From: Thermoanaerobaculia bacterium | Lineage (GTDB): Bacteria; Acidobacteriota; Thermoanaerobaculia; Multivoradales; Multivoraceae | Direction of reading: 5' to 3' | DNA: 64,000 nt | Assembly: GCA_963664405.1 (NCBI GenBank) | Contig: OY761158.1 | Location: forward strand, 192,001-256,000 | Part shown: one piece after another, positions 19,974-28,449 of the stretch | How the letters are laid out: the number at the start of each line of letters is the position of its first letter | Position numbering within the stretch: the first letter of the stretch is position 1 | Notes under the pieces: model-generated | What the model was told of the DNA's origin: nothing | Databases searched by the model: none | The model's input: only the letters and a program-made list of their open reading frames with translations | Made by a program: the position numbers and the translations under genes

Positions 19974-20239
19974 TGCTGGTCCATCCAGGTCTCGATCGGC
20001 TCGGAGAGCAGGCGATAGCGATTCCGCAGCTCGGTCACCCGCAGCGAATACTGACCGCGAAGCTTCTTTCCCTCCTCCCGCTCTCGCCGTCGAAGCTCTT
20101 GGCGCAGACTTCGAAGCTCGAGGCGGTACAGATCATTGAGCTGCTCGCGAACGAGAGCTGGATCTGTCTTTGACAACGGCCGAAGACCCCTCTCAGCAAG
20201 CTCTTCGAGAACCTCCGCACGATAGGACCGACGGTTCAC
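19970..20239 (-). CDS. Small hypothetical helical protein
   Basis: ATGA coupling to the HAD gene; amphipathic helices. Confidence 0.6.
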   Translation of the reverse strand: MNRRSYRAEVLEELAERGLRPLSKTDPALVREQLNDLYRLELRSLRQELRRREREEGKKLRGQYSLRVTELRNRYRLLSEPIETWMDQQ

Positions 20240-20282
20240 CGAGTCATACTCCTCGCTTCATCCTCGCTCTCCCGTTTCAGGC

Positions 20283-20288
20283 TAGCAT
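20283..20288 (+). promoter_or_regulatory. -10 box TAGCAT, probable leaderless kynU transcript
   Basis: 6 nt before ATG 20295, no SD. Confidence 0.45.
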
Positions 20289-20294
20289 TGACAG

Positions 20295-21494
20295 ATGCCC
20301 GACGACCCCCTGCTCTCGTGGCGGGACCATTTTCCCGTTCTCGAGACCAGCACCTATCTGATCAGTAATTCCCTCGGAGCGATGCCCCGTGCGGTCGAGC
20401 ACGAGCTCGGTCGATACACGAGCCTGTGGGGCCGCCGAGGGGTCCGCGCTTGGGCTGAGGAGTGGTGGGAGCTGGGGTCTCGGGTAGCCGATCTCGTCGC
20501 CCCCCTCCTCGGCGCTCCGCGCGGCTCGATCTCGATGCACCCGAATACCACCCTGGCAACAGCGGTAATGCTCTCTTGCCTCTCGCCGGCTCGGACTCGT
20601 CGCAAAGTCGTCACCACCGACCTCCACTTCCCATCGATCCTCTATCTTCTCGAGGGCTGGTGCCGCAGCCACGATGCGACCCTTCAAACCGTGCCTCGCT
20701 ACGGGGCGTGGGGCGCCGACCCGCAGCGCCTCCTCGACTCCATCGACGAGACGACCCTCGCGGTCTGTCTCAGCCACGTCGAGTACGCCACCGCTTGGGT
20801 CAATGATGCGCCCGCCCTCGCCAAGCGCTGCCGTGAGGCCGGCGCCTTTCTCATTCTCGACATCTTCCAATCGGCCGGCACCTTGCCGCTCGATCTTCAA
20901 GGGTGGGGAGTCGATGCAGCGGTAGGCGGCTGTCTCAAATGGCTGTGCGGGGGTCCCGGTAATGTCTTTCTATACGTCGATCCGGAACTGAGCGACACGC
21001 TGCAACCATGGCTCACCGGATGGGCGGCCCATCGTGCTCCTTTCTCTTTCACTCCTCCACCCATCGAGCACAGCTCAGGCGCTGAACGATTTCTCAACGG
21101 AACGCCGCAAGTCTCGGCTCTCTACTGCGCTCGACCCGGGCTCGAGATCCTCGGAGAGGTAGGCATCGATGCAGTGCGAGGGAAGTCTCTGAGTCTCTGC
21201 CGCAAGATCGTCGAAGGATCGACGGCCAGGGACTTCGAGCTCTCTTCACCCACCGACCCCGCCTGCCGAGGCGGCACGATCGCGCTGCATGTCCCCGATG
21301 CTGAGCTCGTTGCCCAGGAGCTGCTTACGCGTAATGTCGTGATCGACTATCGTCCCGGCTTCGGCATTCGCATCGCTCCCCATTTCTACAGTACCTGGGA
21401 AGAGTGTGAGCTCTGTCTCGACACAATCCAGGAAGTCCTGGAAACTCGTAGCTTCGAGCGACATCGCAGCGTCGCGGGAACCAAGCCGACATGA
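20295..21494 (+). CDS. kynU: Kynureninase
   Basis: YL.SNSLG.MP, D..QSAG, KWLCGGPG PLP-lysine motif, RGG; adjacent to kynB. Confidence 0.85.
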   Translation: MPDDPLLSWRDHFPVLETSTYLISNSLGAMPRAVEHELGRYTSLWGRRGVRAWAEEWWELGSRVADLVAPLLGAPRGSISMHPNTTLATAVMLSCLSPARTRRKVVTTDLHFPSILYLLEGWCRSHDATLQTVPRYGAWGADPQRLLDSIDETTLAVCLSHVEYATAWVNDAPALAKRCREAGAFLILDIFQSAGTLPLDLQGWGVDAAVGGCLKWLCGGPGNVFLYVDPELSDTLQPWLTGWAAHRAPFSFTPPPIEHSSGAERFLNGTPQVSALYCARPGLEILGEVGIDAVRGKSLSLCRKIVEGSTARDFELSSPTDPACRGGTIALHVPDAELVAQELLTRNVVIDYRPGFGIRIAPHFYSTWEECELCLDTIQEVLETRSFERHRSVAGTKPT

Positions 21495-22129
21495 TCTACG
21501 ACATCTCGCCACCGCTCGACGAAGACATCGCGGTCTGGCCCGGCGACACTGCATTTCGAGCCACCACCAATATGAGCCTCGAGAGCGGAGACACAGTACG
21601 CCTCTCGGACATTCGCCTCTCCTGCCACACCGGCGCGCATGCCGACGCACCGGCCCATGTTTTGAGCGATGGCGCCACCATCGACCGCCTGCCCCTCGAG
21701 ATCTTCATGGGTCCCTGCCAGCTCCGCGAGGTAGCGCCCCGAGAAGGTCTCGTTCACAGCTCTGCGATCGAGGCTCTCGGATTGATCGCCCCCGTTGACC
21801 GACTACTGCTGCGCACCTGCACCGGACGAGACCGAGAGACCTTCTGCGAGGACTTCGCCGCCTTGACCCCCGGCGCCGCCGAATACCTAGGAGACCTGGG
21901 GCTCGTGCTGCTCGGTCTCGACTCCCCCAGCGTCGACCCCTTCGACTCGGAAGAGCTCCCCGTCCACAAGATCCTCTATCGGTGTGGAATCGCCAATCTG
22001 GAAAGCCTGGACCTAGACGGCGTGCCGGAAGGCAGCTATGAGCTGATCGCCCTGCCGCTTCGCCTGGTGGGACGCGACGCCGGCCCGGTGCGGGCTATCC
22101 TGAGGCGTCTCGACCGGGAACCCGACTAA
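21491..22129 (+). CDS. kynB: Arylformamidase (cyclase family)
   Basis: WPGD, HTGAHADAP.H, DSPSVD, YELIALPL. Confidence 0.85.
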   Translation: MIYDISPPLDEDIAVWPGDTAFRATTNMSLESGDTVRLSDIRLSCHTGAHADAPAHVLSDGATIDRLPLEIFMGPCQLREVAPREGLVHSSAIEALGLIAPVDRLLLRTCTGRDRETFCEDFAALTPGAAEYLGDLGLVLLGLDSPSVDPFDSEELPVHKILYRCGIANLESLDLDGVPEGSYELIALPLRLVGRDAGPVRAILRRLDREPD

Positions 22130-22133
22130 CACC

Positions 22134-22406
22134 TCAAGTCGGGCTAGCCTGGGCGCCGAGCAGGATGTCGAGCTCGCCAATGTCCTCGAGGTCGTAGAGC
22201 TCGTCACAGCCACCGACTCCGCGACCATCGATAAAGATCTGCGGCGTCGTAGTGCGCCCCTCGGCTCTCGCCACCATTTCTTGCAGAAGACCCGGTTTCA
22301 GACTGATATTCCGCTCCTCGAACTCGACCCCTTTGGTCTCCAGGAGTCGTTTCGCCATCCCGCAATAGCCGCAGAAGGAGCTGGTATAGATCTCGACTCG
22401 GGGCAC
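22134..22406 (-). CDS. grxC: Glutaredoxin 3
   Basis: CGYC active site, T.PQIFI, GGCDEL. Confidence 0.92.
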   Translation of the reverse strand: MPRVEIYTSSFCGYCGMAKRLLETKGVEFEERNISLKPGLLQEMVARAEGRTTTPQIFIDGRGVGGCDELYDLEDIGELDILLGAQASPT

Positions 22407-22476
22407 GGCCTATCGAACCAGAAGGTCCGGTGTCGAATTCCGCCACCGGGCGGGCAATTCCTCCCCGACTCTTGGC

Positions 22477-22505
22477 TTGGGCTCTAGAGCTCCACGGTCT
22501 ACAAT
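22477..22505 (+). promoter_or_regulatory. Sigma70-type promoter TTGGGC-N17-TACAAT for the peroxiredoxin
   Basis: 17-bp spacer; upstream of SD AGGAG. Confidence 0.5.
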
Positions 22506-22542
22506 ACTTATTCGAATCGCAACCACCAGCAGGAGAGAGAAA

Positions 22543-23211
<669 letters not shown>

Positions 23212-23217
23212 CGGCGC

Positions 23218-23383
23218 CTAGACCAGCGTTTCCAAAGTTCGTGTGCAATAGCTCGAGGTCATTCTGTTCGCTGGCCAGGCGCGCCGACGCAGGCATATTG
23301 GGCAATATGTCGAGGAGGCGAAACGCCGCCAGCGGACAGAAGGGGCCGAGATATGTGCGCGAACTTTGGAAACGCTGGTCTAG
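23218..23383. mobile_element. MITE-like palindromic element, family A copy 1 (166 bp)
   Basis: 24-bp perfect terminal inverted repeat ctagaccagcgtttccaaagttcg; second copy at 48320-48498. Confidence 0.85.
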
Positions 23384-25564
23384 CTAGAAGCGGTGGCCTC
23401 CGTGGGCTCCATAGAGGAGCTCGAACTGGAGGAACAAGCTCGACTCGTCGCGCTCGAGATGGTCGGCGCGGTCCCAGTTGTACTGGAGGCGGAGCTTCGA
23501 GAACTCACTGGGAAAGAAACTCAGGTTCGGAGAGATGCGAAGACGGAAGGCGCGGAGTGGATCCGCCTCAGCTTCGCCTTCTGCATCCGCCCAATCGAAG
23601 CGCATGCCCGCTACCCAGCGCGTTCTGAAACCCCAGGTCGCTTGTAGGTAGGCTCCCCAGTCCCGAAGAGTCTCGCCGGGAAGAAAGGATCCCTCCAAGG
23701 TCTGTGGAGCGGCCTCGTAGGCTCTCGTCATCAGCTCGGCCTGGATGGTGTAGAAGGGCCAGCCGCGCTCGTTCACCGGTGGCCTCCACTTCCCGTAGAA
23801 GTCGATGCCGGTGATGTTCGTGCGCTCCTCTAGCCCAGTGGCGTTGGGGCCGGTCACGTGGGAGGCACCGGTCAAGATGGTGAAGCTGTCGGTAACATCG
23901 ACTGAGGTCGAGAAGCGCCCCAAGTAGAGGAGATCCCCGGCTGTGCGCACGTCCCGATCGAGGAGCACTCTGCCGGCAAACTCCTCACCCGGCACAGAAC
24001 GGAAGGACGTCGCGGTCTCCCCATTCGAGTTTTGCACCCCGAAGCTCACCTCGGCGAAGAAGGAAGTCGGGAGCAACCAGTTGAGCTGACCGCCGGGGCC
24101 CCGCAGGCCGTCCGGGCCCAGGAAGCGAGAGCTCACGACCGGTTGGTCCACAAAGCTCCAGGCGTGCGGATGCTGGACATTCAAGCGTCCGAAAGAAGAG
24201 AAGAAGGTGCCTGCCTTCACTTGCAGGCCCGCCGGTAGGGCGAGAGTCGTCAGGTAGGCTTCCTCGACTTCGACAACACTCTCGCCCTCTTCGTCGATCT
24301 GGAAGACGATGAAGGCGTCTCCGCGAATGTAAGGGTCCACGGCTCCAGAGAGGGCGAGCTCGAGATTCTGCACTGTGAAACCACGATTCTTGGGATCGTG
24401 AGCGCCGAGCTCGAGCAGGCGCAGATCGGACTCGCGAGCCGACGAAGCGCCGGCCGAAAAGAGGCCATCGAGGGAAATATCGATGAGCCGTAGGCCGGTC
24501 GATGGGGGGGCCGGCGCCTCTGCCATCGGCTCTTGTTGCTCTCCGGGCTCAGCTTCCTCGGCCAACTGCTCGAGCTCGGCTTCGAGGGCGGTGATGCGCT
24601 CCTGAGCCTGCCGGACGACCTCCTTCAACTTGGCGAGCTCGTCTGCCAGCGCCTCTACGCCGGACGCCTCGTCCTCAGGCTCATCTGCGCGTGCCGGTGC
24701 GTAGGCAACCATGCCGAGGGCAACGAACATGACGGCCGCGCCGCGGAAGTGGCGAAGTCCCGGAAGCAAGCGCCCCACCAGGGCGGCGACCAGAGCGCCA
24801 AGACTGAGAACGGCGACGATCGAAGCCCCCGACGGGAAGTCATAGACATAGGAGAGGTGCAACCCGAAAAAGCTTCCGGCTAGGGCGACACCCAGCGCGA
24901 CGAACACCAAAGGGCCGGTTCGCCGGGTCACGAAGACCGCGGCGACAGGGGGAATGATCAGAAAGGCAAAGACCGGAATGACCCCACCGGCACGAATGGC
25001 GAAGACGATTGCAAACGCCAGCAGCACGTAGAACACGAGGTTCATCATCTGGTCCGCCGGGCCCAATGCCTCTCCGCTGCCCTTGCGGTAGGTCAGGGCG
25101 AAAAAGCGCCGCCCGAGCGCGACGTGAAGAAGGGCAACGGCCCCAAATACCATCAGCATCGACCTCAGCTCTCCGCGGTCGATCGCGAGGACATTGCCGA
25201 AGAGCACGTCCTGGATATCCGCTTCGCCGTGCGGAGTCTTGGCGATGAAGAGAACGGTGAGCGCCGAGGAAGCGGCGTAAAAGATGCCGATGATCGCCTC
25301 GAGTCGGAGCCTCTTGTCACTGACGCGAAGCATCGAGAAGACGGCGGCAGCGATCAGCGTGAGAGTCATCGAAGAGAGCACCGGATCCAGGCCGGCGTAG
25401 GTCGCGTAAGCCACACCCAGCGACGAGATCTGGCCCAAAGCCAGGTCCACGAAGACGATGCCTCGCCTCACGACGTGCACTCCTAGATAGGCGAGGAGGA
25501 GCCCCAGCGCCGTACAGGCGACGAGGGCGTTGACCATGAAAGAGAGCTGGAGCCACTCAAACAT
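23384..25564 (-). CDS. Fusion of a ZnuB/MntB-like (ABC-3) metal permease, an internal signal peptide and an outer-membrane beta-barrel-like domain
   Basis: SD GGAGG before ATG 25564; hydrophobic permease (LGVHVVRRGIVFVDLALGQ, LFGNVL, GVIPVFAFLIIP); 'RHFRG-AAVMFVALGMVAYAPARA/D'; coiled coil; beta-rich region ending GAHGGHRF. Confidence 0.85.
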   Translation of the reverse strand: MFEWLQLSFMVNALVACTALGLLLAYLGVHVVRRGIVFVDLALGQISSLGVAYATYAGLDPVLSSMTLTLIAAAVFSMLRVSDKRLRLEAIIGIFYAASSALTVLFIAKTPHGEADIQDVLFGNVLAIDRGELRSMLMVFGAVALLHVALGRRFFALTYRKGSGEALGPADQMMNLVFYVLLAFAIVFAIRAGGVIPVFAFLIIPPVAAVFVTRRTGPLVFVALGVALAGSFFGLHLSYVYDFPSGASIVAVLSLGALVAALVGRLLPGLRHFRGAAVMFVALGMVAYAPARADEPEDEASGVEALADELAKLKEVVRQAQERITALEAELEQLAEEAEPGEQQEPMAEAPAPPSTGLRLIDISLDGLFSAGASSARESDLRLLELGAHDPKNRGFTVQNLELALSGAVDPYIRGDAFIVFQIDEEGESVVEVEEAYLTTLALPAGLQVKAGTFFSSFGRLNVQHPHAWSFVDQPVVSSRFLGPDGLRGPGGQLNWLLPTSFFAEVSFGVQNSNGETATSFRSVPGEEFAGRVLLDRDVRTAGDLLYLGRFSTSVDVTDSFTILTGASHVTGPNATGLEERTNITGIDFYGKWRPPVNERGWPFYTIQAELMTRAYEAAPQTLEGSFLPGETLRDWGAYLQATWGFRTRWVAGMRFDWADAEGEAEADPLRAFRLRISPNLSFFPSEFSKLRLQYNWDRADHLERDESSLFLQFELLYGAHGGHRF

Positions 25565-25578
25565 CGGCGACCTCCGAC

Positions 25579-26514
25579 TCACTCCCCGCTCGCTGCTCTG
25601 CGCAGCAGATCGAGGTTGGTATCGAACAGTGCGATGTAGTCGTCGGCTCCTTCGACTCCTCCCACGGACTGGGCCAATGTGACCAAGGCCGCCCCTGTCT
25701 CTCTAGCGACCAGGCTCGCCGTCTTCTTGTTGTAGAAGGCGGTCATCAGGATCACATCGACCCCGCGGGCTTTCATCGTCTCGGCGAGCCCGGCGATGTA
25801 ACGACCCGACGGAGCGATTCCCGGCTTCGGTTCGACGAAGGCGACCACTTCGAACCCGAACCGCTGCTCGAGATACGGCCACGAGTCGTGATACGCGACA
25901 ACCGGGAGACCCCGCAGAGACGCGGCTTCGCCCGCCCATCTTTCGATGGCGGTGTCCAACTTCTCGATAAAGGCCGCTAGATTCCTCGCATAGACCTCGG
26001 CGCCACCCGGGTCGACCCGTTCGAGACCTTCGGCGATGTTCCGAGCGATGATGCTCCCGTTGCCGGGATCCAGCCAGTAGTGAGGATTGCCGAAGGGGTG
26101 GATGTCCCCCATGCTGCGGTCTGCGTTGGATGGGATCTGAAGCTTGGAGATGCCGACCGAGGCATCGACATAGCCACTGGCACCCTTCTGGATCTTTCCG
26201 TTCCTGGAGTTGGTCAGCAGGCTCGGCGCCCATCCCTGCTCGAGCTCCATGCCAACTAGGACGAAGAGGTCGGCCCTCTGGAGCTTGACCAGATAGGAAG
26301 GTTTCCCGTCGACAAAGTGAGGGTCCTGATAACCCTTGGCGATGGAGCTCACCTTGCCTCTGGAGCCGACAATGCCTTCAGCGATCGAGGCGAGATCTGT
26401 CGTCGTCGTAACGATGTTGAGCTGAGCCGTGGCGGCGTGAGCCGCCGAAAGAAGGGCGGCCGCCAGAGAAAGAGTCTGGAGCCATCGGCACCGCGGAGTC
26501 GAAAGAATGCGCAT
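25579..26514 (-). CDS. Metal ABC substrate-binding protein (ZnuA/TroA family)
   Basis: Signal peptide; DPH, NPHYWLDP, YHDSW, VEPKPGI.PS; SD GGAGG. Confidence 0.93.
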   Translation of the reverse strand: MRILSTPRCRWLQTLSLAAALLSAAHAATAQLNIVTTTTDLASIAEGIVGSRGKVSSIAKGYQDPHFVDGKPSYLVKLQRADLFVLVGMELEQGWAPSLLTNSRNGKIQKGASGYVDASVGISKLQIPSNADRSMGDIHPFGNPHYWLDPGNGSIIARNIAEGLERVDPGGAEVYARNLAAFIEKLDTAIERWAGEAASLRGLPVVAYHDSWPYLEQRFGFEVVAFVEPKPGIAPSGRYIAGLAETMKARGVDVILMTAFYNKKTASLVARETGAALVTLAQSVGGVEGADDYIALFDTNLDLLRRAASGE

Positions 26515-26667
26515 GACCACCTCCTGCATGATCCGAGGCTGACGAGGCCTCGACGCCTAGGCGTCGGCGCAAGACCTCATCGCATGATCGGGTCGACGAA
26601 GCTCGCCCCACCGCCAGCGGAGAGACGAGGATCACTTCGAAGCCGACTCAGGCAGGCGGTGCGCGTC
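26515..26667 (-). promoter_or_regulatory. Predicted translational attenuator: RAPP/stop codons pair with the downstream SD and enclose two hairpins
   Basis: mRNA CACCGCCUGCCUGA pairs with UCAUGCAGGAGGUG (12 of 14); inner hairpins at 26597-26639 and 26541-26581. Confidence 0.65.
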
Positions 26668-27034
26668 CGGTGGGGCCGTCGATCGAAAGCGCGCTGCGGA
26701 GCGGCCCTGTGTAGCGCCCAAGCGGTTCTGATCTCGGCGGAAGGTCGCCGGCGCCGCGATTTGCAACAGGAGTACCCAGCCGGCGTACCATCGCCAGGCA
26801 GCCAGGACAAGCTTCGTGCTGCTCCACCGTAACCGGCACCAGATCTGGCTGCTCGGCGTGGTTGGAGTGCTTGGCGTCGGCAGTCAGGTCGTTGACGTGC
26901 TCGTGCCGCGCCAGGCTGCGTTCCCCCGCGTCATGATCGTGAACGACATCCTTGCCGAGGGCGACAACGGTCAGTGCAGCGAGCGCCGCGATGGCAAAGA
27001 CGCGCGAAAGTAGATCTTCTTCAGAGCGAAGCAT
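26648..27034 (-). CDS. DUF2946/CruR-like metal-sensing leader protein with a RAPP arrest motif
   Basis: N-terminal hydrophobic segment, His-rich (HDH, HEH, HSNH), CPGC, C-terminus GPTGRAPPA*; SD AAGGAG upstream. Confidence 0.8.
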   Translation of the reverse strand: MLRSEEDLLSRVFAIAALAALTVVALGKDVVHDHDAGERSLARHEHVNDLTADAKHSNHAEQPDLVPVTVEQHEACPGCLAMVRRLGTPVANRGAGDLPPRSEPLGRYTGPLRSALSIDGPTGRAPPA

Positions 27035-27100
27035 GGATCTCCCGTGATCCCTCCTTAGCCTATCAGGCCTCTTGTGCTTCCGGTTGCGCCCCCTCAAGCC

Positions 27101-27493
27101 CTATCCGCCGGGACTCCGCGACCAGGTCCTTATCGGCCCTTGTGGCCCATTGAGGATCAAGCTCGCTCCGCGCACACGAGTGCCAAGCGACGCCCCCGCC
27201 TCGATCCGCAATTGGCCGTTCGCGAGCCTCTCTACCTCGCTCCATACCCGACCGGCCGCGAAATCGGTCTCTGCCAGGCCGGCGTATCTAGCGTCGGCCG
27301 CGAGCGCCGCCCGGGTGTGGGCGACAGCGCTGTCGACCATCATCTCGAGGCGCACCCGCGCGGCCTCTCGGCGCTGATCGCGCATGCGTATTTGCAGCTC
27401 GAGAACGCTCAGCGACAGCGATATGCCGAGCAGGAAGAGGACGAAGATGGCCAAGAGCAGGGCATGTCCCTCCTCCCCCTTCCTTCGCCGCAT
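27101..27493 (-). CDS. PilX/GspK-like pilin
   Basis: Basic leader, G/HALLLAIF hydrophobic helix without Glu5; TGATG coupling. Confidence 0.65.
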   Translation of the reverse strand: MRRRKGEEGHALLLAIFVLFLLGISLSLSVLELQIRMRDQRREAARVRLEMMVDSAVAHTRAALAADARYAGLAETDFAAGRVWSEVERLANGQLRIEAGASLGTRVRGASLILNGPQGPIRTWSRSPGG

Positions 27494-28047
27494 CAAGGCG
27501 CCCCCCGCCGCAGCCAGACGCGAAGTCTCGACTCTCGCACCGTGGTGGTTGCCGTCATTCCACTCGGGACCCCGACGCGCGGGGCTCCGACGGCGCGGCT
27601 GAAGCGGACGCGAAAGGCGATGTCGACCAGATTTTCGCCGAGACGGCGCCAGCGCCACGAGACGACATCGCCCAGAATGCGCTGGCGGCTGATCTCCGCT
27701 CCATCGACGGAGACCAGGATGCGATAGAGCTCGTTACCCATCGAGAGCCATACGATCCGTTCTCCCTCGTCACCGACTACCGTCAGTCGACCGGCTCGCC
27801 AACCCGGCAACAACGCCGGAACTGCCGCCGCGCCTTCGAGGTCATGGCGCAGTCGAGCCAACGCATAGCGCGGCAGCGGGTTGCGTAGCTCGGCCTGAAC
27901 GCGAGAGATCTGGATCTGCGATTCCAGCAGCAGGCCGGTGGCTAGGCTCATGACCACCATCATCACCGCGGTCGACACCAGCAGTTCAACGACCGTGAAG
28001 CCGGCTTCAGCTAGTCGCCGCCGGCGTCCGAGCACGACTACTTGCAC
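27493..28047 (-). CDS. Type IV pilin / pseudopilin (PilW/GspJ-like)
   Basis: Prepilin site AG/FTVVELLV; start uncertain. Confidence 0.75.
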   Translation of the reverse strand: MQVVVLGRRRRLAEAGFTVVELLVSTAVMMVVMSLATGLLLESQIQISRVQAELRNPLPRYALARLRHDLEGAAAVPALLPGWRAGRLTVVGDEGERIVWLSMGNELYRILVSVDGAEISRQRILGDVVSWRWRRLGENLVDIAFRVRFSRAVGAPRVGVPSGMTATTTVRESRLRVWLRRGAP

Positions 28048-28445
28048 GAGGCTCCCTGTTGCCAGATCTGGGTGTCGAGGCTGATGTCGTGCCATCCGCT
28101 TCTCTTGGCGCGCGATCGCGCCTGGACCCGTACCTGGCAGAGACCGGGTAGCTCACTTGCCCTGACCACCAGATTCATGCTGTGTAGCTCGCCGGTAGGC
28201 TCCACCCAGGCGAGTGCCGTATTCACCGGGCCACTCACAAGGGGGTGGGCTCCAGCTCGTAGGCTCTCCACCACCGCATGCGCATTTCTCAGCAGCTCGG
28301 CCTCGGCATCCAGGCCTCGACCGACGGCTTGAACCCGCCAGTGGATGCCCCCTCCTAGGAGCAGAGCGACGGCGACCACACTCGCGGCCACCAAGACTTC
28401 CAACAGAGTGAAGCCCCGCTCGGTGCTGCCGGCGACCTTTGCCAA
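28038..28445 (-). CDS. Type IV pilin / pseudopilin (PilV/GspI-like)
   Basis: Prepilin site RG/FTLLEVLVA. Confidence 0.8.
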   Translation of the reverse strand: MAKVAGSTERGFTLLEVLVAASVVAVALLLGGGIHWRVQAVGRGLDAEAELLRNAHAVVESLRAGAHPLVSGPVNTALAWVEPTGELHSMNLVVRASELPGLCQVRVQARSRAKRSGWHDISLDTQIWQQGASCK

Positions 28446-28449
28446 TCCC

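Noticed and set aside
20295-22129. kynU-kynB without kynA; likewise oppBC (44741-46763) without oppA/D/F
   Set aside because: Split operons are common; partners are probably elsewhere in the genome.
22410-22460. tRNA/tmRNA-like words (GGTGGCGGAAT, GGTTCGA) on the minus strand
   Set aside because: No cloverleaf, acceptor stem or adequate length.
27035-27100. Zur/Fur box upstream of the metal operon
   Set aside because: No AT-rich palindrome found; only a small GGATC/GATCC hairpin next to the leader start.
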